DNA from: Azolla caroliniana
Lineage: Eukaryota > Plantae > Polypodiophyta
Length of the DNA stretch: 64,000 nt
Assembly: GCA_043228905.1 (NCBI GenBank)
Contig: JBHGNT010000003.1
Coordinates: forward strand, 19,902,001-19,966,000
Direction: 5' to 3'
In this document: piece by piece, positions 50,001 through 60,468 of the stretch
Layout of the letters: every line of letters begins with the position of its first letter
How positions within the stretch are numbered: position 1 is the stretch's first letter
The notes under the pieces: generated by a model
Told to the model about the DNA's origin: nothing
The model's input: the letters and a program-made list of their open reading frames with translations, nothing else
Databases searched by the model: none
Position numbers and translations under genes: made by a program

Positions 50001-50941
50001 CTAGAGAGTATAAATCCACACTTGCTACTCCATCCGAAGAAAAAGGAACTACTCTTATTATGTTGACACTAGGTAGACAATGAAGGAACCAAACCTGTTT
50101 TCCAAGAAGGAGAAGGCCAGGCTTCTCAGAGACAGCAAGGGCACGAAGAAGCTTAGCAACTGACATTGGATGAAGAGGCAAATCTGATGCCACATGTATT
50201 CCCCTGTCTGCACCCATGGCAAGGCCAGTCCGCAATACATCTGTGCATTTCTCACTCCCCATGCTCACAACCACCACTTCGGAGGCAATGCCAGCCTCCT
50301 TGATTCGTAATGCTTCTTCTAATGCTATCTCACAGAAGGGATTCATGGACATCTTCACGTTTGTGGTTTCTACACCAGTCTGAAGGAACATAAAAATAAG
50401 AACTTTGATTCAGTCTATGCATGACAGTGCATATAAGACAGCAAAGAATCATACTGAGAGGTAAAGAAACCCTATTTCTTGGCGAGATTCAACTGGTCTG
50501 CATGTCGACATGTCTAACACAGAGCACAAGAAAGAAACTCTAGTAACAAAATAACAAAACCCTAAATTATATACAGGAACGGTTGAAAAAAAATACATAG
50601 AGACTTCCTGATGCCCCGTTTGAAAAGAAATTACGCAAAGGAATCCGCAAATAGAAAAAGTTAATCCTCGAAAAAAAAAAACCAACGAAACCCTAAGTCC
50701 TATATAAGTGATGACCAGAAAACCTACGTTTTTCTAAACGGAGCCCTAAATCCTGTGGTGGTGCTGGGGGGAAACCCTAATTTTCTCCAAACTGGAACAC
50801 TTAAATCCTATGGAAACGGTGGGGAAGAAACCTTAACCCTCGTACCTTAGGCAATAGCAATACTGCATGTACCTTGTCAGATTTTACACGGATTTTGACC
50901 GCATAATCGATGACTCGTTTGACAGCGACAAGGATCTTCAT
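47076..50941 (-). CDS. ETFB: Electron transfer flavoprotein beta subunit, mitochondrial, 5 exons
   Basis: Exons 50941-50873, 50379-50095, 47991-47911, 47816-47722, 47301-47076 join in frame. [89 protein letters not shown]. Confidence 0.96.
48640..49300 (+). mobile_element. Decayed copia gag fragment in ETFB intron 2
   Basis: [25 protein letters not shown] resembles the copia gag N-terminus; frameshifted. Confidence 0.55.
49503..49750. repeat. About 79-bp tandem repeat (about 3 copies)
   Basis: TTATTACAATATATAA.GATGTACC.TCATGACATGG...TCATTAAA.AT.AAGG recurs. Confidence 0.85.
50467..50779. promoter_or_regulatory. Cluster of four telo-boxes (AAACCCTA) in ETFB intron 1
   Basis: Perfect AAACCCTA at 50467, 50557, 50688 and 50772. 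Confidence 0.55.
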
Positions 50942-53400
50942 GGTGTGAGAAGGTATTCTGCAGAATCGATCTCAGGATCGCGACTGTACAAAATGCCTAT
51001 TTTCCCTTTGTCTCTCTACGAACCCGCCATCAAAACACCCATCACCTGTTCTCTGTCTCTGTCTCTCTGTCTCTTTCTCTGTCTCTGTCTCTGTCTCTGT
51101 CTCTGTCTTGTCTTACCAAGAAACAGGAAATTTCCCAAAATGCCCTTCCTCACGGTTTCGAGAAATTGCCTAAAATACCCCTCTCAAAACATTGGTAGTA
51201 CATAACTTAATATGTGTAATGGGGAAATCTCATGAACCTCGAGTGGGGAGAGGGACACCTTCAGAATTTGTTTCCGAATATTTTACCATCCCCTTCTCAT
51301 CCTCTTTTTGTCATGGATGTGTTTCGTACTTTCGCTCCACGGATCGTAATCCCACCATCTGCTTGTTATGGCAACTAGGTCTCGATCAGTGCCATGATGA
51401 TCTCTTGTCCTCTACTCCATGAACTCGTTTGTTTTGCCACTAGTAATTCCATTCATGACGATTGACATCTTATGTGAATGAATTTGAAGGACCCTTTCAC
51501 TCGAGCAATAGCACCTTTGCATACAACTCGTGTTTTCTTTGTTTGCGATATGTACTTCACAACTTGTATCAGCGCTATAATTCCGTATCAATTGTTCTGA
51601 TATGTCGAACGTGTGGCTGACCCAACAGTGCTAGGGGAATGAAGCCTACTACTACAATACAAGAAGGATTGATAATTATCCATCTATTAGCGTGAAACAA
51701 CTTGGTGTCTAGGGTATTACATCCTAGTAAGTTGAGTTTTACCTGGACTCTTATCCAGAACGGACTCTTGTACACATTCGATTGATATATTATATGAGCT
51801 TGACTAAAATGGTTGCAAGCAATGGATTTGAGGGATGGTGAGGGAGTTTGAGTAAGATGCAATAATAATATCTTGCCAAAACATATGGATAATTTACCGT
51901 TATGTAGGCTAGAAAGTAGAAAGTTGTTGTCTTCTCGTTTGAACACGTCCACTAAGCTTGCCTGTTTCGAATGTAGGGGATGTTTATGTGTGGGAAATAT
52001 GGAAAGCTAAATTTGACTTGTCAATGCAATGTCAAACATTAATAGTGAAAATGAGAGCATCAAGACTTTAGAGCTATTTAGCACACCCTACCTAGAATAT
52101 AAAAAATATGCTCACGTTGAGACGAGGTTGTAAAATGATAATGTTGCCATGAGTCCCTTGTCATGTATCAACCAATTGAAATGTTAGAGATAGTTGAGCA
52201 CAATAGAATGTGTTGCACTATGTAAATCACGTAAAATGACGATGCACAATCATTGCATAAGACTTTCATACATGACTAAATTTAAACATACAGGTTAATT
52301 ACAATCTTGTAGGGGTGTGTAAAAAAAGAAATTTCTTTCCCAAATTCATGAGATCACTACTTTAGCAAGACATAAGTTGTAAGTTGTTTTTTAAGATGAC
52401 CAATTATCTTCTCTAAAAAGAAAAAAGACATCACTAGAGAGTATCGTTCACAACCACACTATATTACATTATAATGCCATTAATTAGATAAGAGGTCATT
52501 TAGGTAACAAATAAATGTCAAGCCTCATTGCTGGCTTTAGTGGATATAATAATATCCCAGGTTGAACTTCTTTGTGATTTAGTGGACATGTCCCCCGGTT
52601 GTTCTTTGTGATTTCCCTGCAAGCAAGCAAATAATAATATGCTTCATATAATCAATTGCACTGATTTAGCACACATCATGGCATCTCAAGTTACGTTTTA
52701 CTTGTCGCTTCCAATTTTGAAAGAGGCTGAATCCGACTAGAGGCAATATTTTTTCATTACTTATTGCCCCAAACTTCTCATCCATTCAATAATGAAGCAA
52801 AGGCTTTGATGTAAATCCATTCACCATAAAAAACAAGTAAAACATTCATTCTTCGAACAAAAGTGCATATAACTTAAAAGAGTTACAAATGTGATTCGTC
52901 ATGACACAAGACACTCAAATACTTCTCATATTGCAGTAAACCTTTATTCCATACATAGAACATTTAATGTGTCCATCATATGATCCATAACATATAGTCT
53001 ACAAGCCTTTACATTGTACGGGAGAAACAACAACTTCCTAGGTACACTCAGTACTCGAAACAACAACTTCCTAGTTATACACTCTATTTTAAGTACTCTT
53101 ATTGCATTGACTTCATATACACTAGCCATCAAACTAATAATAATTAGTGAGCACACCCTCTACCAATAATTAGGTTCCCAAGTAGTACACTTGCCATGGT
53201 CATAACCATCACCATCAATGTGAGGACCACATAAAGGACCAACCAACCGATCGATCTGATCCATTCATGATAATACAAATTGACAATAATTGGGCAGATC
53301 CCTCTTCCCCATGAAAGGATCTTCGATTAATAGTACACAACCCTCCGTTGTCTCATTGTTTCGACCATGGCATCATCACAAAGCGCTAGACACACCTTAA

Positions 53401-55731
53401 CTATATTTGTCTTATTGATGTTGATCCACTAGCAATTGCACGATCAACTTCATCACTATTATTATTATTATTATTATGTGTATCGATCCGATTCCGAAAA
53501 TCGGTAGATGTAGTCGCACTACTACTGCTACTCATGCTTTGAGCACTCGAGGGTTGTCCAATTGTATTATTATCCGAACGTTGCACAATAGTATCATGAT
53601 CTATAATGCTACCATAACTAGTAGTAGTTGTCGCACATCTGGCATGATTATTAACAGAATCGTTAGTCGGCCAATCCCTTGTACCGGCCAACTTATCATC
53701 ATCATTCGAATCACGAACATGATCTTCATCATTCAGGCGGATGAATTCGTGATGATGCTCATGCAGACCACCACAATCTTGATTTGCATCATCCATATTC
53801 TTATTCTTTGCTTCATAATCATCAATCCTCCTCCATTCCTCAGTTCCATGATGAGGATGAGAATTATCATCATCATCATCTTCTTCTTCTTCTTGGTCAT
53901 GAGTAATGCCATGATCCTCCTCTGCTGCCGATGTACTGCTCATTTGCTGTTGCATCAATTCCGCTTCATGGAGCGAGGAATTATAGGATGAACATGAATT
54001 ATCATTGTTATTGTTGTATTTTGTGGTACTGCAGGTGGCCATGGCTACAGCTTCCATGGTAGCTCCAGCTCCTGCACCGAAATCGCAAGCGGCCGTGAGA
54101 TTGCTGTCATCGCCATATTGATCCAGTTGCATCAAGCAGACTGCCTGCTGCCATGTCACATCCGAGAGCAAATTGTTGTTGTTGTTGTTATTAATGTTGT
54201 CATTATTATTACTATTGTAGTAATATGGTTCCATGTAATTCATGTTTGACATGAGCTCCTGAAGCTTCGATTTTAAAGCTACAGAATTAGTAGCTAATGC
54301 GGGCGGCTGTATCATCATCACATCATTCGCGGCTAAGTAGTTAGAACTGGGGCACATCATGTCATTTGCAGCCGCGGGCAGCGTGATAAACTGATCTGGT
54401 CTTGCCTTTCCATAGAAGCTATTGATCGCAGGAGAGGTTATATTGGCATTCGAAACGGCCGCCAAATTAGGGTTGAAGTCGAACAGATCGGGCGCGAATC
54501 CAGAGAATGGGGGCGGCAGCGGGTTAATCATCGGATGGGCGGTGCAGAAATTGTTGTTGCCTGAGACAATTACATTATTATTATTATTATTATTAACATG
54601 GTGAGCTACTAGTGGCGGAGTACTCGTAGAAGGAGGCTGTTCAGAATTATTGTTATGATTCTCATTGATTTCCATATTAACTAAAGGTTGAAGATTGAAC
54701 ATTGGCATCATAGGAGGATTAAAAGACTTCGCATAATTCGGAAGGAATGCCGCCCCCGTATTTGGATTCATCATATTCATCTCCATGGCACCACCACCAT
54801 TGATATTACTATATACCACCGGATTAATCCCTGCGAAAAGCTGCTGAAAGTATGCAGATCCTTGTGAGGAAGGATCGAGGTTCATGATCGATGATGGGTC
54901 TTGGCTAGCTATGGAGGCTATGGGGGCTTGCGGACAAGCCACACTAGATGCATTACTACTAATACTACTACTACTACTTCTATTGTGATTAACCTCCACC
55001 TCATTCATGGTTTGATCGGCCAACACGAGATTGAAATTGTTGCCGAGATGATGACCTTGCGTGGTGACGATGAATGGGGCCGGGTGTTCCTGGTGGCCGG
55101 CACTAGGATTCGAACTAAGGAACTCGATCCGATCGTACACCTCCCGGGTCCGGTCTAGCACGCTATCGGCTAGCTGCTTCAGCTCCTCCACTCCATAGCC
55201 ATTGAGGAGGCGGTCCTCCCACAGGAAGTAGGCGCGCTCCGTCTCCATGCTATGGTTCTGCTCCAGCTTCAGCTTCAGCTCGGCCCGCAGCTTCTTGATC
55301 TGTTGCTCTAGCAGGCTGGTGTTGTCTAGCTTCTTCTTGTCTTGCTCTTCTTTGCTCAGGCTCTGGTACTTGTGGATGACATGCGCCACACCCGGCAGAC
55401 CCCAGCTGTATGGGGGGGCACCATTAGAGCTATTGCTGCTACCAGGCGTAGGCGGAGCCGAGCTGCTAGGGTTAGGGTTAGGGCTAGGGCTAGGGCTAGG
55501 GCTAGGGCTAGGGTTAGGGTTAGGGTTAGGGTTAGGGTTAGGGTTACTAGGGTTTTGAGGCGCATGATGATGCGGGGCTTGCGGGTTGAAGCATATCATG
55601 CACACCTCGACCCCGCAGAGGATCGCGAGCTCCTCCACCTTCTTCTTCAACCCCTTCTTCCGCTTGGTGAAGGTCACGTGCCTCGATGCATCGCTCTTTA
55701 TCCATGTGATCGGCATCTTTGCCCGGCCCAT
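53401..55731 (-). CDS. Type I MADS-box transcription factor with a long low-complexity C-terminus
   Basis: MGRAKMPITWIKSDASRHVTFTKRKKGLKKKVEELAILCGVEVCMICF MADS domain and a coiled-coil segment; single 776-codon exon with no MIKC exon structure. A possible upstream 16-nt coding micro-exon lies at 56333-56318. Confidence 0.9.
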   Translation of the reverse strand: MGRAKMPITWIKSDASRHVTFTKRKKGLKKKVEELAILCGVEVCMICFNPQAPHHHAPQNPSNPNPNPNPNPNPSPSPSPSPSPNPNPSSSAPPTPGSSNSSNGAPPYSWGLPGVAHVIHKYQSLSKEEQDKKKLDNTSLLEQQIKKLRAELKLKLEQNHSMETERAYFLWEDRLLNGYGVEELKQLADSVLDRTREVYDRIEFLSSNPSAGHQEHPAPFIVTTQGHHLGNNFNLVLADQTMNEVEVNHNRSSSSSISSNASSVACPQAPIASIASQDPSSIMNLDPSSQGSAYFQQLFAGINPVVYSNINGGGAMEMNMMNPNTGAAFLPNYAKSFNPPMMPMFNLQPLVNMEINENHNNNSEQPPSTSTPPLVAHHVNNNNNNNVIVSGNNNFCTAHPMINPLPPPFSGFAPDLFDFNPNLAAVSNANITSPAINSFYGKARPDQFITLPAAANDMMCPSSNYLAANDVMMIQPPALATNSVALKSKLQELMSNMNYMEPYYYNSNNNDNINNNNNNNLLSDVTWQQAVCLMQLDQYGDDSNLTAACDFGAGAGATMEAVAMATCSTTKYNNNNDNSCSSYNSSLHEAELMQQQMSSTSAAEEDHGITHDQEEEEDDDDDNSHPHHGTEEWRRIDDYEAKNKNMDDANQDCGGLHEHHHEFIRLNDEDHVRDSNDDDKLAGTRDWPTNDSVNNHARCATTTTSYGSIIDHDTIVQRSDNNTIGQPSSAQSMSSSSSATTSTDFRNRIDTHNNNNNNSDEVDRAIASGSTSIRQI
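55466..55556 (+). repeat. (TTAGGG/CTAGGG)13 telomere-like hexamer array inside the MADS CDS
   Basis: CTAGGG, TTAGGGx2, CTAGGGx5, TTAGGGx5 at 55466-55543, then CTAGGGTTTT. Encodes (NP)6(SP)5(NP)2. Confidence 0.95.
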
Positions 55732-55769
55732 CTCTGTTGTTTGGTGCGCGATCCATCACAAAGACAAAA

Positions 55770-56240
55770 TCGAAGTTAAAATCGATCGATTCATCAGATA
55801 GAAATAATATATATACATTGTATTAACAAATCAAAGTTAAATCATACGACTAATCCTCGGATATAAATGTTAAATCGATCAATTCATCAGATAGGAATAT
55901 ATATACATTGTATTAAAAAATCAAAGTTCAACCATCCGATTAATCATTGGATAGAAATATATATACATTGTATTAACAAATCAAAGTCAAATCATACGAT
56001 TAATCATCGGATATAAATGTTAAATCGATCAATTCATTGGATAGGAATATATATACATTGTATTAACAAATCAAAGTTCAACCATCCGATTAATCATTGG
56101 ATAGAAATATATATACATTGCATTAACAAATCCAAGTTAAATAGATCGGTTATTAATCGGATGGAAATATATATACATTGTATAAACAAATCAAAGTTAA
56201 ATCGATCGGATATTAATCAGATAGAAATATATATTAACAT
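55770..56240. repeat. AT-rich minisatellite upstream of the MADS main exon
   Basis: About 6-7 copies of GATAG(A/G)AATATATATACATTGTATTAACAAATCAAAGTT separated by related 20-50 bp linkers. Confidence 0.9.
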
Positions 56241-57617
56241 GATGATAAAAATAAATTATAGATAAAACGAGAATTTAAAAAAAAAAACAAAAAAAAAACG
56301 AAGAAGAGAGTGCTTACTCTTGAGAAGCACCATGGCTGTCGGATTTGTTTTTTCTATTTTATTTTCTTCGGTAATTTACTTTTATTTCGAAATATGCAGA
56401 ACAGATTCGTGATGGATGTTATAATGTGATTAATTAGTTAAGAAGGATTAGGGTTAAAAATGGTAGCAGACTGTATACATTTATATATCAATCAATTAAT
56501 CATTTAATTAAAATATTTGACAGCTATACATGCATATTATGTATGAAGAGTTAAAGCTAGAAGTAAAAACGAAGGCAAAAGAAGAAGAAGATGAAGAAGA
56601 AGTAGAAGAAATGTATGTCCTGTTCCTTGGGGTTTCCCAATTAGGAAAGTCCCCACCATTAATGGCGGCTATGAATTTTCATGCTATCTATTTATTTATT
56701 TTTTCTCTTTTTTTAATATAATTAAACTTTTCAATATTATAATTTAATTACTTAAAAAAATAAATTTAATCCAAAAATATATAAGTTTTTATTTTTATGA
56801 TTCCTATGTTTCAGATTGTTACATGCAAAGGTATGGACACCTTGCTACTGCATGCCAAACTACTAGGGGATGTGTGAAAGCAAGCCATTGGGATCATTGA
56901 TCTTTGGCTAACGCCCATACCTCTCACATAACCACGAGACACTATATGTCCTTGTCCAAGGTCATTGACATAGTGACTTCTCAACGTTCTAGACAGCTCA
57001 GAACCTTGGATTCAATTGTAACATTAAAGGTATGACACCGCAAATGACCGACGACCAAATTATACCCCTCTTGATCGCCCATCATACCAATACGCTATAT
57101 ATATGTGTTGTCCAAGGCGCTCGTTGTACATACGCCCAATGTTCTAATTGTTCAAGGTTATCGTCACAAGGTCATATGACTTTTCATATATGTAACATGT
57201 CAACATAACGTTCGATTAGAAAGCTAAGGATCTTGGTTTTAATTCTAATAGTAACATGTGCACCACCTCCAAGAACCACTGACCAATACCCCTCCTAACT
57301 GCTTTGTTGCACGTTTGTGCATGCAAATTAAAATATATGAGTTATAATTTTTGTGGGATCAATTGTTGTTCTTGACAATCTAAATCGACCCTCCGCATTA
57401 CATGCACAACATGGTACTACACATGCATGGTCACCTAATTACAATACTTAATTCCTAGATATAGTGTTAAGTTTGAGGTAGAAAGCACATAATAGTGATT
57501 TATAGAGGTAGAAATGGTGTCACACTCAATGTGGATATTGTTATGGAAGAGAAAAGGGGAAAGTGTGGTGTCGTAGTTGGTATGGGATCATGTTTGTATG
57601 TTAGAGATTATTTGTAA

Positions 57618-58041
57618 TGTAAGCATAAGACAAGGAATCAAAGAGGAAGAGAGAGAAAGAAGGGTGCTCATCCACCCAACCACCCCCAAGCAAAGGGATA
57701 AAGACAGAGCCGAGCCTTGATTGACGTCCCATACTATCACCATGACATCAAATCGTGCTTGGTACTAGTGTGTGTTCACCACAAGAGTCTGTTCACCGCA
57801 AAGTCACAGTTTCGACGTAGTTAAAGAATGGTTCTAATGAGGCTAGTTAAGCCTCATATTTATAGCCAGACCTAATCCCCCAGGCAAGTTCACACCTGAC
57901 ACTTAAGGGTTGTCTCAATCCCTACGATTAAAAGTAACACTCCCTCCTTTACACTCTCGGTTAACTCTCACACTTTATCCTTGTGCGTAGAATATTACGG
58001 TACAAATTGCCACGGGATAAATTATGGTCATGCTCGTAACA
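57618..58041 (-). mobile_element. Solo LTR of the same gypsy family as 29893-33260
   Basis: Colinear with 29893-30328 (TGTAAGCATA...CATATTTATAGCCAGACCTAA...GATTAAAAGTAA...GGTCATGC.CGTAACA); flanked by the direct repeat TTGTAA. Confidence 0.85.
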
Positions 58042-59299
58042 TTGTAATCCTAAGCATTTTAGTGGGGAATAAATATTTGAATTTAGATTAGCATATAATG
58101 GCTCATTTATTTAACCTCATTCCATTTATGTTTGAGGTGTACAACCTTAGATGGAAATAGTGTCATGCTTTATTGGGAAGACATGAATTAAGCTTGGAAA
58201 CATGACGACTAAAGCTAATTGGTGGAATGCCATTAATTCTAAAAGACATGTCGAAATTGTCGGGTCTACGATAATGTTACGAACAATAACCATAATTGCA
58301 GTTCTCTGACCTTAGGGTTATATATAGGCTAATCCATAAGGAATAAAGGGTGATTTCTGAGTTATCTTAGATATTTAATCACTTGTTAACATCTTGGCAG
58401 AGCATGTTGGAATTTGTGCAATGACATCCTTTGCAGAATAATGGTATGTGCCAATTCATTACAAATGGAGGTTTTTTCAACATCAAGGTTGTTGAGGTCG
58501 AAAGGTAAACAACTTCTTAGCCTTTTACTTAATTGGATGTCCACAATTGGGCTTGTTAACAATGATTGAGGATGCTATGTTGGTGGGACAAATAAGATCA
58601 ATGACCTTCCAAATATCAAGGTCAACATTTCTTATTCCAAGTGGTATGAAATTATTTGGATAAGTTGCAATGATTATGATTGTCGCATGACCCAATTCCT
58701 AATTTAGATGGTGCATCTCAATGACTTGATTGGGCATTTGTTGGAAATAGCAAATTGATCATGAATAATCAAATCATGTTAATCTGAATTTGATCGATAA
58801 TCATAAGTGGATGGAAGAAAGGATTATAAAGATACGGGGTTTCTGGGAAACCCATTATTTAGTGGTTTCATGTGATCATGGCGGGTTGGTGTTCTTGATT
58901 GAGGCTACGAGCTAAGGTATTCGATATTGGAGAGCTATGGTTGGAGCTTTATCTTTCGTTATGGAAGACACTATTTACGAGAGAAGGAGAGAGAGGCACA
59001 ATATTGACCCATAGTCCACCTAGATACAAAGGTTACCTTGATGTGTGTCGCCTTCCTAAGGAGGGATATTCATATTTTGATGCACCAAGTCTCAGTGTGC
59101 AAATAAGGCATACACATATGAGCTCAACCTTCTAGGTACATTCCCTTTAGTATGATACTCAATTCATCACCCCATCGTAATATATCATCATAACTTTCAT
59201 GAATTGCAATGTATGTAGAGCATGTAAAAAGCAAGTGATATTCATCCTCTACTAGCCCTTCATTGCATACATTACATATCTTTATATTTGGCTGATTTT

Positions 59300-59990
59300 G
59301 ATTCCATAATGCAACTTCAATATCTAAGTTGTGTGATCGAGTGCGAATGAGTGTTAGGGTTAAGGTTGAATACGATCAATACGCCTTCTTGCCTTATATA
59401 GGACTCAACATTCAAGATTGATGTTTGCAATGTAATATTCTAAATTTGTCCTTTAGCATATAAATTCCACTTATTCCCTAGTGGATCCATTAATCTTTCC
59501 TCAATAATTGCATGTTTCATAACATCACTTGGAAACTCTAGGAGATCTTCCACATCCCATCTTGTGAACCATTTTTTGATGTCAACTACCCAACCGGATG
59601 AGAGAATTTTGCTCGTGATTTTTTTGTAGCTTACATCTAACATTCCAAGAAATATGTGGTAATCTATGATTTGCCATATTCGTGACTTTTTTTAATGTGC
59701 CAATATCTCTATAGGTCAAATACCTGTTTCCAAGAGCATAACTTGATAGGAGGTAATGTTTTACTCCTGAGTGTCTCAATAAAAAACATCTTTTGAATAT
59801 TCTCAATCTCATTCCATGCGTTAAGAGATATAGAGGCTCCCCACACTTCTACTCCACAAAGCAAAACTTGTGTTACCATGTCATTAAATAACATTAGTTT
59901 CACTTCCCATCCATGAATGTCACTTTGGTTGCATTTATTTTCCAACACATAACAACTTTTCCAACCGCATGAAGTTAGTTTCTTTAGGCA
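59300..59990 (-). mobile_element. Decayed LINE ORF2 fragment
   Basis: LENKCNQSDI..WEVKLMLFNDMVTQVLLCGVEVWG...WNEIENIQKMF; similar to the relic at about 27050-27300. Confidence 0.55.
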
Positions 59991-60111
59991 ACCCCTCAGG
60001 CAATCTCTGTTTGATTGTCTGCAACTTACGGGACATCACACTGCGAATTTACACTCTTTACTTTGAGTGCTTCTTGGTGTTTAATCGACAATCGACACTT
60101 GTGTACTTCTC

Positions 60112-60130
60112 ATGGGCCAATTTTGGGCTT
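60112..60130 (+). promoter_or_regulatory. Paired site II (TGGGCY) motifs
   Basis: TGGGCC and TGGGCT about 350 bp upstream of the DDX42 ATG; a known TCP-binding element of housekeeping promoters. Confidence 0.35.
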
Positions 60131-60468
60131 AGAAGACGTTACTATATATTTCTTTCTTTCTTTCTTCTTTACTAGTAATAAAAGTGTTACCAAAAGAAAG
60201 AAAGAAAGAAAGAAAGAAAGAAGATTGAGTGAGAGGTATATAGGGCTAATATTGGAATTTGGAGAAAAAGAGAGTGTCATACCAAAGTGAGAGCTATAAT
60301 AAATCAAACATACAAAGTTAAGTTCTCATTGTTTTGCTCTGCTCCTCCTTCTCTTCCTTCTCTTACTTCTTCTTCTTTCTTCTTCTTCTTCTTCTTTCTT
60401 CTTCCTTTCGAGCAAGAGACGCGCGACTCGACAGAGAGAGACTTGAAACAGAGAACGCAGAGGCCGAG

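Noticed and set aside
51260-52000. Possible decayed transposase or gene (ORF 51575-51952)
   Set aside because: No motif I can recognise; a translated homology search would be needed.
55466-55543. True telomere or telomerase RNA template
   Set aside because: Only 78 bp, internal, of mixed units and in frame within a protein-coding exon.
55770-56240. CRISPR-like repeat-spacer appearance
   Set aside because: The spacers are related to one another and recur, their lengths are irregular, there are no cas genes and the context is eukaryotic. It is a minisatellite.
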